From assembly GCA_964019425.1 (NCBI GenBank), contig OZ025804.1, positions 558,001-622,000 on the forward strand: a stretch of DNA of 64,000 bases. Reading direction: 5' to 3'. This stretch comes from Flectonema sp. DT1601 (lineage: Eukaryota). The notes beneath the pieces are model-generated. The model saw only the letters and a list, made by a program, of their open reading frames with translations, searched no databases and was not told where the DNA came from. Shown piece by piece: positions 11,401-21,180 of this stretch. Within the stretch, counting starts at the first letter, position 1. The number at the start of each line of letters is the position of its first letter. The translations under genes were made by a program, and so were the position numbers.

Positions 11401-14400
11401 TATGTCAGCCTTCAGATCTAATCGTGGAATCATGTGAATACAATGAAAGATCTTCTTTCCTAACTCTCGATTGTTTATTAACTTTGAAACATCCTCAAGA
11501 CCTAAGTCATTATAACGTTCCCATGAGAAGTTTTTCCTTTCTAAACTTTGAATAATTTGAAGCGGAACGTCTCCACCAAACTGACGAAGAGGACTGTGAG
11601 AAGACCAAACTCGTCTCTCTACCTGAATGCAGATTGTTAATAAGATGTCAGTGAGCTGCGCCCATCCTCGTTTTTTAACCGTCTCAAACATGGCTCGAAG
11701 AACTCGTCCGGCTGACTGTGTCACGTAAATCATATCAGCCATAAGTGCGAACCCATCCAGTTTCAACGATGAGATGTAAGTTTGAAGTAAAACATTTACT
11801 TTTGCTAAAGGATTGTCGACACCTTCCTTGACAGGGATCGGAACCCTGTCGAGTAGTTTTTGTAATTCAGCTTTCTCTTCTTCACGTACAGAAATGTATT
11901 TGAATTCATCAGCCATAGAGAACAATCTAAAAACATCCAAATCATGCATTGTGGGTTTTAAACCTTCATTGAACTGCTGAATAGTTCCTGAAGTAAGGTA
12001 GTAATGTGAAGCTACTCTACCAAGGTCTGTGCTTTCGAAGTTTCCAGTACGTCTGTCGTATTTTAGTAAGGAGGCTTTATCAAGCATTGATGCTGCCGTG
12101 TGTATTAAATCAGTTCTCCTTTGAGTAAGTTCTGGGTCGTCTTCCTTATCATCCAATGTGATTCCATAGAGCTGTGGATTCTTTCTCATTCTCGCATATA
12201 AATAGGTATATCGAAGCCAATCAACTCCTTCTTCGACTGTTAAGACGTTTCCCATTACAACTTCAGCATTAAGCTGATCAACTAATTTTGTTATAAATTG
12301 AGATTCAATTGGAAGCTGTTGGTTTAAAAGTGATAAATAAAATGGTAATTCAGTATGCCCAGTGATGATAATACCGACACCCTTTTTGTCATATTGAGGA
12401 CGACCTCCACGTCCAATCATTTGCATTACATCGAGGGATGATAGCTCTGTCCATTTTCCCTTTTCTGGATTATAAATTTGAGTTCCCTTAATTATAACAG
12501 TGTGAGCTGGAAGATTCACTCCCCAAGCAAGAGTCGCAGTCGATACCAAAACTCGTAGATGACGTTTGTCGAACAGTTTTTCTACTGCTGAACGATCTGA
12601 TCGACATAGTCCAGCATGATGGATTCCAAATCCGAATGGAATGATCTCTTTTAGTTGAGGATCTTTAATTGTGTCTCTGGCAATCTGTTCTAAGATATCC
12701 CTCGTCGATGAGTCGTCTTTTAGAATGTTTGAGAGTTCTCCATTGTCAAGTGCTCTGTCTTTAAGCATCTTAGCTGTCGAAGCTGTGTCTTTTCTACTAT
12801 GAGTGAATACCATCACCTGATGTTGTTTGCTAGCGTCTTCCATAACTTTTTTATAGACGATGTCGTTCATAACGGCTCGTCGTTTCATTGGTTTCTTTTC
12901 CATGATTCCAATGTATTGTTGTTCTAGTGGAATTGGTCTGTAGCTGTTGTCGAAGTGAAGAAGACCTTCTTTTGGAACTGACATTGTAGTGGCGACGTCT
13001 TCGTAGTTTGGAAGAGTAGCTGACAATCCAACTAATCGAATGGAGTCAGGATTGGATCTCAACATTCTCGCAATGATTGCTTCAATTACAGGACCTCTTG
13101 AATCGTGAAGAAGATGAATCTCATCGAAAATAATTAATTTAACACCCTCTAAGTGAGTCTTTTCTCCAGCCTTTCTGGTGACGATGTCCCACTTCTCAGG
13201 TGTGGTTACGATTACTTGAGAGTTGCGAATCTCACTTTTAGTCATGTTGGTGTCACCAGTAAGCTCTGATACTTTTACTTTAAAAGCGGATAGTCGATTT
13301 CCAAGATTGAGAACTACTTCCTGAACCAAAGCTTTCATTGGAGCGACGTACACCACTTTGATATCAGATAAGACATCAGGGTCAATCACACCACCTGGAT
13401 CTTCATCATACTCAACTGACTCTGAGAATGCTTGCAGTATCGATAACACAGCAACGTTTGTTTTACCCGCACCAGTTGGAGCGCATAGTAACATATTCTT
13501 TGATGATGTCAAAGCGTGAGTGCAACACTTTGACTGAATTGGATTCAGTCTCTTCATTCCTTCGAAAGCAGGTTGACACCACTTCGGTAGTTTACTAATT
13601 GAAATTAAATCATCTTCTGATATCTTTTGAGGTACTGAAGGAGGTACGTGAACTTCATCATATCCTTTGTAGCTGAAACGTTTCGCATTTGGAATTCGAC
13701 ATTGCTTATTAGACATCGTGTGACCTTCATTCTCAAAGGATAGTTCCTTAATATCGAGCATTGTCTTCGTCTTGTCAGCTGCATTCTTTTTGGTCTTTTT
13801 ATTCTCTCGTAGCTGGGCGCGGAAAGCATCTGCCTCTGCGTCAGTTCGCTTCAACTCTGATGACAGTTCGAGGATGATGGATTCTCCGTATGGCTGCTGT
13901 AGAAGTTCTTCTCGTAGTTGTGCAGTAGTTTCTTCATGTCCTTTAGAGCGCTCGAGTTTTGTACACCAGACGATCTTCCATCTGTTTGTGAGACACTTTT
14001 TTATGAAATCCATTTTCTCATATTCAAACAGCTCCAAAAGTGCTGTTTCGACATCGTCGTCAGTCTTGTCGTCAGACGCCAGGATGTCAAAAACAGAGTT
14101 CGCCTGATTTTGAGTTGTGAAAGCATCGTCGTCAGAACTCAACGGACCCATCTCTCTTTGAATCCAATGAGCGTCTACTTGTTTAGCGTCGATGTGATCA
14201 GCAGATAGAAGTTCTGATGTGTCTTCTTGATTAGCTTGGATTTGATTACCTTCTTCTGAATCAGATTCACTAATATTATCATCAACAACAGTAGTTGATT
14301 GACCTGTTGGTAATGCTGTTGAAGGAGCATCGTTACTGAACTCTACTGAAATGATCTGACCGTCAGTTATGTCCATCGTCTCGTCAACAATCGCATCTTT

Positions 14401-14664
14401 TGGTTCAAAGTCGGTAATCCTTTTTGAGATTACTAACAAATTTCTAAAATATTCCTCCGATAATTTAATGTCAAGCAAGCCCTCCACTACTTCCTTTTTG
14501 TCAATATCTCTCGTTTCAATGTCAAGCAAACACTCTAAAACGTCTTCACTGCATTCTCTCAAAGCCTGTTGCTGTTCGTCATCCAACAGTGGCTGAATGT
14601 TTGCTAAGAACTCTTCCCAAGCCTGTTTAGTGTTTCGAGTGAGGGGTTGGTACCTTCGTGACAT
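8467..14664 (-). CDS. BRR2: U5 snRNP 200 kDa helicase (Brr2), intronless
   Basis: Two Ski2-like helicase cassettes (APTGAGKT, DEIHLL, GLSATLPN, TATLAWGVNLPAHTV, QMIGRGGRPQYD; second cassette PGGSGKT/ADDLH) and two Sec63 units. Start placed at MSRRYQ. Confidence 0.97.
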   Translation of the reverse strand: MSRRYQPLTRNTKQAWEEFLANIQPLLDDEQQQALRECSEDVLECLLDIETRDIDKKEVVEGLLDIKLSEEYFRNLLVISKRITDFEPKDAIVDETMDITDGQIISVEFSNDAPSTALPTGQSTTVVDDNISESDSEEGNQIQANQEDTSELLSADHIDAKQVDAHWIQREMGPLSSDDDAFTTQNQANSVFDILASDDKTDDDVETALLELFEYEKMDFIKKCLTNRWKIVWCTKLERSKGHEETTAQLREELLQQPYGESIILELSSELKRTDAEADAFRAQLRENKKTKKNAADKTKTMLDIKELSFENEGHTMSNKQCRIPNAKRFSYKGYDEVHVPPSVPQKISEDDLISISKLPKWCQPAFEGMKRLNPIQSKCCTHALTSSKNMLLCAPTGAGKTNVAVLSILQAFSESVEYDEDPGGVIDPDVLSDIKVVYVAPMKALVQEVVLNLGNRLSAFKVKVSELTGDTNMTKSEIRNSQVIVTTPEKWDIVTRKAGEKTHLEGVKLIIFDEIHLLHDSRGPVIEAIIARMLRSNPDSIRLVGLSATLPNYEDVATTMSVPKEGLLHFDNSYRPIPLEQQYIGIMEKKPMKRRAVMNDIVYKKVMEDASKQHQVMVFTHSRKDTASTAKMLKDRALDNGELSNILKDDSSTRDILEQIARDTIKDPQLKEIIPFGFGIHHAGLCRSDRSAVEKLFDKRHLRVLVSTATLAWGVNLPAHTVIIKGTQIYNPEKGKWTELSSLDVMQMIGRGGRPQYDKKGVGIIITGHTELPFYLSLLNQQLPIESQFITKLVDQLNAEVVMGNVLTVEEGVDWLRYTYLYARMRKNPQLYGITLDDKEDDPELTQRRTDLIHTAASMLDKASLLKYDRRTGNFESTDLGRVASHYYLTSGTIQQFNEGLKPTMHDLDVFRLFSMADEFKYISVREEEKAELQKLLDRVPIPVKEGVDNPLAKVNVLLQTYISSLKLDGFALMADMIYVTQSAGRVLRAMFETVKKRGWAQLTDILLTICIQVERRVWSSHSPLRQFGGDVPLQIIQSLERKNFSWERYNDLGLEDVSKLINNRELGKKIFHCIHMIPRLDLKADIKPLTRSLVRVSLSITADFKFHPKYHGVAETFLIMVSDPDGEQLLHVEPFVLARDHVNEEHVVYFYLPILEPMPPQYFIKAVSERWLWSETTLPVSFRKLILPDKAYPCTELKDLRPIEIASSSIPKKYHFFFNSHDVDTLNSIQTQCYPVLMGSNDSCLLCTPGGSGKTICAELALIKFLMNTENSTTRERAAYVAPTIALAKNAFERWIPIFEKNTGRKMVFLTGDTVTDLKLLESGDVIVAAAEHWDQLSRRWARRKNIATISLFIADDLHMLRNRLGAVMEVVISRMRYMSSRLQKTTPLRIVGLSYPVLYARDIGDWIGIKRDGESRLLNFHPTSRPVPLTIQLKGFDQAGFSSRMIAMRRPVYLSITQHSEGKPVIIYTPSQRTAYDLVADLIAMVMSDTSNKKRFLGNITSSDLEKYRTQTTGGINSLLSRSLSHGIGFLKDGMTDVDLKIVKSLFSSSIGAIKVLVVPHPILYKVKNIPTAHTVILCGTQFYNGSERRHEDYPIADLFEMIGHCGRQNYDDSSTAIVMCHSPQKSSLMKILHEPFPVESALDECVHDHFNAEITAGSIESMHDAVDYLTWSYLYRRLPKNPNYYGMFGKSHEHTSGHLSELAENAVESLEAAGCITSENGKVEAANLGMVSAYYYTSFLTIEMFNDSLSDASSGTVRNILKILSSADELFDISIRHHESDQLRKLFKHIPMRGEDIQSFHDPHSKVLILLNYHLCRQTHRLTPEHLQDLKAILPIITPLVSALVDVVGSKRWLRPLLASMDVSQMLVQGMWSEDSPLLQIPHFTPEIVKKCESSGVSSIFDIDEEILKQVGIPKNQHLAVSKFCNAYPDIEIDKVTVSEADDLHSGSPVSVAVSIKRDLSDDSQTGGGVMSQTYPVRKEECWWVVIGDEKSGHVLSLKKATILKHSTVRLEFVAPSQGVHQLKMFLICDSYLGCDLEENFSITVGEAEDSDEETEESDDN

Positions 14665-15644
14665 TATTTTAATTAAAAATCCTGCCCCCTGATGCTGGTT
14701 GAAATAAAAAATTACAAATAAAAATAAATAAATAAATAAATAAAAAGTGTGGTCACTATAACAGTTCAGTAGAATGTCAGCGTCTGTCAAAAAGAAAATA
14801 AAAGAAATACAGTCATCTTTGTCGTTTGCTGCATCCTTTGCTATTCTATTCTTTCTTCTTCTTAATTTTTTTCTTTTTTTTTTTTTTTTCCCTATTCTTC
14901 AAACATTACCACAACGATAATCTAAACGAGTAATAAGATGTTCTATTTATTTAATTCATGTTTACTTTTTTTTTTTTTTTTTTACCGATGTGGTCGGAGA
15001 AGCAACTATGCAAATCGAAAGCCGATATTTCTTATGGTCTTGACTTATCACCCTGTGCGACGATCTCTTTGCGTTCAACCAAATATAGATGATAAGGACG
15101 AGGATTTAACAGTTTTGGTGTGTTTTTTTTCCATTATTATTAAAGTTTTTTTTTTTTTTTTTTTTTTTTTGCTTTTTAGTCTGACAATTTGTTATTGTTG
15201 TTTTGTTTTGTTTTTTTTCTTTTTTTTATAATTATATATAGTCGAGTACAAATAAAAACAGTTAGGCAAAAACAGTATTTATTTTTTAATTACACTACGG
15301 CGTCAGATGGTCGGAACGCACAGGATACATGAAGCCAGACGTAAAAAATAAAAAATAATAAAAAATAATTCCTAACGAGGTACACCAATCGCAAGAAAAG
15401 AAAGAAAGAAAGAAAACAGCGTGTACACAAGGAAAAAAGAATTAGTTATGTATTTAAAAAAAAAAAAAAAAAAAAAACTATCACATTAAATTCATTCAAC
15501 ACGATTAAATAAATAATATTACTTCTTGAAAAAGTGGTGTATCTCTCTCTCTCCCAATAAGTTTCGTCAAATAGGAAACAACTGCATCGCGAACTGTCTC
15601 ACAAAGTCGAGTGTAGCTCTTCGTCACAACAATGAAGGAAAGTA

Positions 15645-17453
15645 TCAGTGACCATTTGGTATTCTGTTTTTTTTTTTTTTTTTTGTTATGAAAATGTACT
15701 ACAGAAGACCCAGACAATGACATAAAGAAATAACATACTCGACGTCAACAACACTACGCAATGGTGACAGTTCAGCTTCATTAGGAGTGTTACTCTCAAT
15801 TGCTGTATTAATACGAACCTGATTGAGACCTTCTTCTGACTGGATGGCGTGAGGATCTGCTTCATCTTTGTCATCGTTATCCTGGTCGTCAGTTTTTGGA
15901 ATTTTCTCATCCTTCTGCTCCACATCGTCAGAATGATTAACCTGCTCATCAGATTCCTTCATCTTCGGAACCTCTCTCGTTGGTGACATTTCACATTGCT
16001 CAGGAGTGTTAGATTCGATGGCAGTGTTATCTTTTGCTGCCGGTGCGCTTTCGTCGTCTTCGTGTTCTGCAACATCCTTATCAGTATCATCTTCAATTTC
16101 CATCTTCGGAACCTCTCTCGCTGGAGACATTTCACATTGTTCAGGAGTGTTGGATTCGATGGCGGTGTTATCTTTTGATGCGGGAGGGCTGTCGTCGTCG
16201 GCTGGTTTTTCGTCTTCGATTGGCTTTTGCTCGGCGACATCCTTTTCACCGTCTTCTTCTTCAACCTGCATCTTCGGAACCTCTCTCGTTGGTGACATTT
16301 CACATTGCTCAGGAGTGTTGGATTGGATGGCAGTGTTATCTTTTGCTGCCGGAGGGCTGTCGTCGTCTTCGGCTGGACTTTGTTCTGCAACATCCCTATC
16401 AGTATCATCTTCAACCTCCATCTTCGGAACCTCTCTCGCTGGAGACATTTCACATTGTTCAGGAGTGTTGGATTCGATGGCGGTGTTATCTTTTGATGCT
16501 GGTGGGCTGTCGTCGTCGGCTGGTTTTTGCTCAGCGACATCTTTCTCATCATCTTCTTCTTTGTCTTCCTCCTGCTGTTGCTCGATTTCCATCTTCGGAA
16601 CCTGTCTCATTGGTGACATTTCACATTGTTCCGGAGTGTTGGATTCGATTGCAGTGTTGACCTTTGAAGATGGAAGACTGGAATCTTTATCATTATTTTC
16701 TTCATGAGGGTTTTCATGACCCAGAACATGACTTTGATGTGAATCTGAAACATCTTTATCAGAAGCACAGCTAGTGGATGGAGAAGTTGGTATTACAGGA
16801 GGTTCATTCTTAAGTTCTAAAGATGATAATTTTGTTCGGAACTCGAATTCCGATATGGTTTTATTTTTAAAAGATATTATTAGTTGTCGAGACTGGGACT
16901 CTGTCAAGTCTGTTTCCTGTCGCATGCACCACTCAGTTGAGCGAATTACGTTGACCATTGCCTCCAAAGAAGTAGGAGAGGGAGGACATTTATGAGACTC
17001 TGAGTAGTCTTTATCTTCACCAGGTGGAGCTGCTCTCCTTACGATATCATCATCTTCAAGTCCTGACATTTTGTAGGTACAGCTTCTACAGAGTCCTTCA
17101 GACTTGGCATTTACTGGTTTTGGTTCTGTTTTGCCAGAGGTACCAAATAACCCTCCCAAAGCTTTTTTAAATACTCCCGGAGACTTAGTAGTCACCGCCT
17201 GAACAGGTCTCGTAGTTAGTGGTGCAGCTGCGGGGGCATCATCAATGACAGCATTTACGTGTCTACATTTCCAACAACTAACACAGCTGGCACCGTTATT
17301 CGAAACGTACCATACTTTGCCGTCGCATTTCCCGCACATTATAAAGTTCCATTTGGCATCTTTGGAAGACTCAACTGCGTACACAGTCGGATCACATTGG
17401 TATAATACAGTACATCCTAAACATCTCCTCATCAACTCCACCTCACCCGGCAT
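15645..17453 (-). CDS. Protein with a Cys-rich (putative Zn-binding) N-terminus and an acidic tandem-repeat region
   Basis: CxxC pairs (CLGC, CGKC, CWKC, CRSC) followed by repeated NTAIESNTPEQCEMSP units. A probable last intron starts near 15738. Confidence 0.7.
15770..16660 (-). repeat. Coding minisatellite, ~6 copies of the NTAIESNTP(EQCEMSPxREVPKM) unit
   Basis: Near-identical DNA units recur (e.g. ggtgacatttcacattgctcaggagtgttggattcgatggcagtgtt) with variable acidic spacers. Confidence 0.9.
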
Positions 17454-17961
17454 TGTGAGGGGAGGGGGTGTACTGTTTGTTAGATAATTAGAAAATATTA
17501 CAACACCCACTGAATCTGAATAAGTAGGAGTCGTCCTGACCTAAAGGATAACAATTTCCCCTCATGTTGGCTAAAATATATTAACATTGTCACCTGCTAA
17601 AAGATCAAACAAACAAATATTCGCATCGGAAAAAAAAAAAAACAATTAAATCACACAAACGAACATCAGTTCATAAAAAACGATGCGATTAACCGAGATA
17701 GAAATAAATGATACCAACACAGGAGGGGAATATAATAAACTCTAACTCCCTGAAGAATGACAAGACAAGGATACACGCAAAGGCAAAAATCGATTTTGAT
17801 TTATCAAAAATAAACAGACAACGAAGACTATTACATTGCGTACTGAGTACCGCTACTAACAAGAGCATCAGGTTAACTCCAAGACCCAATCTTGGCAAGG
17901 ATTGCTGTAGTATAGCTTAGGCTGCTTAATACAGTATGTCGATAATAATAAAACAATAACC

Positions 17962-19506
17962 CTATACTTCTGACATCGTCATAGGACTGGAATCTAACAT
18001 AGTTGAAAAGGCTAAAAGATAATTTGATACTTTTCCACTCGGAATCAAGTAGATTACTGAAGACCAGAGAGCTGAGAAGTTAGTTTTAATAAATTCAAGA
18101 AAACGAAGAACCGTAAATGTCGATTGAAACTTCACATATTCTGAGCAGGAGAGGCCTCTTGCTGCGCGAGTTCCGAGGATACGCACTCTGTTGATGACAC
18201 TTCCATGACACCAATTATGTGAACGTAGATAGTTTAAAGCTCTTCCAACAAACATCAACTCAGGAGGAAATGAAGCAGTTTCCGCGAGGATGGTTGTTAG
18301 TTTGTCTTTAACTTTCATGTGCATTTTTGCAAGTTCAGCACTCGTCGGAGGTTTCATCTTCTGAGACATCATTTGACCAGCCCCACGACTTCCTTTAAAA
18401 GGACGTTGTTGAGTCACTGATGCGAAGAAATCTGGATCTGTTATCCCCCACTTGTTACAAATCTTTCTTAACTCAGACTGATTTGCTAACAACATTGATG
18501 ACCAAAAAGTAGCATAGTCTCGACGTAGTTCATCAGTCATACAAACATACAGTCCATGATCGAGTAGAACTAACTGCGGTTGGTTATTAACATTTCTCAC
18601 TAATAAGTTACCCGGATGTGGATCACAGTGAACGTGACCACTCTCAAATATTTGATACGCGTACATCCCTACTGCTAATTCCATTATGTCTTTTTGATTA
18701 ACATTCATTTTCTTAAGACCATCAATATTATCTATGGTGACGGCATCAGCTACCCATTCAGACACTAATACTCTTCGTGTGCATATTCTAACAGGGGGAA
18801 CGTGAATCCTACTGCTGAACTGTTTTAGAAGTGTGGATGCTTTCTGACTATTACGTGATTCTTCATTGAAGTCTAGTTCTGAAGCGTACCTTTCAACAGC
18901 AAAGTCATAAGACCACAAGCAAGGAATCCCAAATGATTTTTCAATACAAAAAAGCAACACATGAAGCATAAAAAAATCTATTTTATGCTGATATGAAATT
19001 AATGGTTTTTGTACTTTGACGGCTACTTCAGTTCCATCATGGAGGGTTGCTTTATGGACTTGGGCGATGGAAGCACTTGCTACTGGGTCTTCATTGAATG
19101 ATTTGAATAATTCAGAGATGGGTTTTCCGAGTTCTGCTTCGATGACTTTAATCATTTCTTCACCAGGGTATGTTCTTGAATCTGAAAATAAAACTCGTAA
19201 TTTTTCCATATATTCCGGAGGTAAGACGTGTCCCATGGTTGTTAAGGTCTGTCCAAACTTTACATACATCCCCCCATTAGTATTTAGCATATCAGTTATT
19301 CTAGACGCGACCAAACTGTGAATTTCACTCGCATTTTCTACAGTCCAATTTACTTTATACTGATATATTAAAAAGATACCAACTCCTGCGGCTCTCATAC
19401 ATCTTTTTGCATTGCCATAAAATAAATAATCATCAGACGCGAACACTGCAGTAGTTGTAGCTGCTCCCGCCATTAGTGTTTTGCGAAAGAGGTGTCGGGG
19501 AGGCAT
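17962..19506 (-). CDS. ABC1/UbiB (ADCK1-like) atypical kinase
   Basis: Motifs [46 protein letters not shown] and LLDHGLY. Confidence 0.93.
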   Translation of the reverse strand: MPPRHLFRKTLMAGAATTTAVFASDDYLFYGNAKRCMRAAGVGIFLIYQYKVNWTVENASEIHSLVASRITDMLNTNGGMYVKFGQTLTTMGHVLPPEYMEKLRVLFSDSRTYPGEEMIKVIEAELGKPISELFKSFNEDPVASASIAQVHKATLHDGTEVAVKVQKPLISYQHKIDFFMLHVLLFCIEKSFGIPCLWSYDFAVERYASELDFNEESRNSQKASTLLKQFSSRIHVPPVRICTRRVLVSEWVADAVTIDNIDGLKKMNVNQKDIMELAVGMYAYQIFESGHVHCDPHPGNLLVRNVNNQPQLVLLDHGLYVCMTDELRRDYATFWSSMLLANQSELRKICNKWGITDPDFFASVTQQRPFKGSRGAGQMMSQKMKPPTSAELAKMHMKVKDKLTTILAETASFPPELMFVGRALNYLRSHNWCHGSVINRVRILGTRAARGLSCSEYVKFQSTFTVLRFLEFIKTNFSALWSSVIYLIPSGKVSNYLLAFSTMLDSSPMTMSEV

Positions 19507-19979
19507 TTTTTTTTTTTTTTTTTTTGTATAGTGGCTGTGTATGAAAATAACAGTGAGAGAGTTTTTTTGAAAGAACGGACATTAATTAAAAATGAATAAT
19601 TTTGTACTGCGTAAAAATTGTTAAATTCGGGATGTGAAATTCACTGGTTTTGAATTCCTATTACCGAAGAGAGCTTTTCTTAGTTTTTCTTTTTTTTTTT
19701 ATTACATGAAAAAAAAAAAAAAAAAAATCTCCCACTCCGTCACACAAACTCGGAGACACAGCGGCGCCCGTTTATAAATATGACAGAACTCCTCACGTTG
19801 GAACGTCTTAGTTGGAATATTTATTGCCGTCTCAAAAAGTATTCTGTTTGAGACAAATATTCAGACAATAACTGAAAACACCTTCGGTACTACTGCTACT
19901 AATTCATCGAGAATAGGAAAAAGAACTCGGTTAAGTTCTCGTTATTCTTTGTTGTGCTTCCATCTACTAATCGCAGTGA

Positions 19980-20825
19980 CTATAATTTAGCTTTGAGAGT
20001 ATCCTTGGCCCACTGTGGCTTACGTTTGTTGAACAGCGCAGCAGCACCTTCTCTGATTTCTGGTCCAGTTCGGATCGACACCAATTCATCAACAGTAGCC
20101 CTAATGAGTTCTGTAGTAACAGGTTTGTTCTCAACCATTGATATTAAGTTCTTTGCTCTGGCAACAGCGATTGGTGCACACAGAGACTGTTGTTTAATAA
20201 TCCCCTCGAGGTATGAACGAAGTTTATCCTGTTCAACAACATCATTAACGAGGCCGTATTCTTTTGCTTTAGAAGCTGAGAACTTCTCACCAGTTAGAAA
20301 CAGACGACGGGAATTGTTGACACCAATCTTACGAACAACGTGTGGAGATATCGTTGCTGGGATCATACCAAGTCTGACTTCTGAGAGGGCGAACTCTGCT
20401 GTTGGTACCGCGACTACGATATCACAACATGATAATAATCCAAACCCACCACCATAAGCAGATCCTTGAGCTACTCCAACAACAAGTTGTGGAAGTGTTG
20501 CCAAGTCTTGAAGAAATATTCCAAAGTTCATCGAACTTGAATGAACTTCATCAGAAGTGTTTGCCGCTAAGGACTTGGCATCACCACCAGCACAGAACAC
20601 TCTTCCTTCAGCTCTTAGAAGAACTACTCTAATTTGAGAAGCGTAATCCTTACAAAGCTTCAACCCAACCATTAAACCTTTAGTCATGGTTGCTGTAAGA
20701 GCGTTCAGATTACGCGGCTTTGCTAAAGTTATTGTGGCAACGCCTTCTCCAATCGCAAATTTCACAGATCCTTCTCCAAAGATTCCCTCAGTAGTGAGGT
20801 CACTTACCTTTTGCTGTAGCGACAT
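19980..20825 (-). CDS. Enoyl-CoA hydratase/isomerase family protein (methylglutaconyl-CoA hydratase-like)
   Basis: Motifs FCAGGD, AYGGGFGL, FALSEVRLGMIPATISPHV and KRKPQW. Confidence 0.92.
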   Translation of the reverse strand: MSLQQKVSDLTTEGIFGEGSVKFAIGEGVATITLAKPRNLNALTATMTKGLMVGLKLCKDYASQIRVVLLRAEGRVFCAGGDAKSLAANTSDEVHSSSMNFGIFLQDLATLPQLVVGVAQGSAYGGGFGLLSCCDIVVAVPTAEFALSEVRLGMIPATISPHVVRKIGVNNSRRLFLTGEKFSASKAKEYGLVNDVVEQDKLRSYLEGIIKQQSLCAPIAVARAKNLISMVENKPVTTELIRATVDELVSIRTGPEIREGAAALFNKRKPQWAKDTLKAKL

Positions 20826-21036
20826 TTTTGTTGTTGTTGTTGTTATTTTTTTATTTATTATTATCTATTTTTAAAAAGAAACTATTCAGTAATCTTACAC
20901 CTTTATATATAAAACAATGCGACCACAAATGACATTACGAACGACCTGCTAAAATGAATAAGTAATTTTTTTTTTATTTTTTTTTTTTTTCATAAATAAA
21001 GTGAACAACTCGGTGGTGTGATTGTAACTACTAACA

Positions 21037-21070
<34 letters not shown>

Positions 21071-21180
21071 AAAACGGAAGAAAGGGAGAGGCTGTATGGT
21101 AATACGCCAACCAATATATTGTTATATTTTAAAAATCTGTTCGTTAACCTTCCTAGGATACGATAAGTGTAAAAATTATC

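Noticed and set aside
14665..14790. N-terminal extension of BRR2 in the ORF track
   Set aside because: It starts at a non-ATG codon and translates a T-rich acceptor region. MSRRYQ at 14664 is the more plausible start.
15959..16707. Overlapping and antisense ORFs in the coding minisatellite
   Set aside because: These are shadow frames kept open by the repeat.
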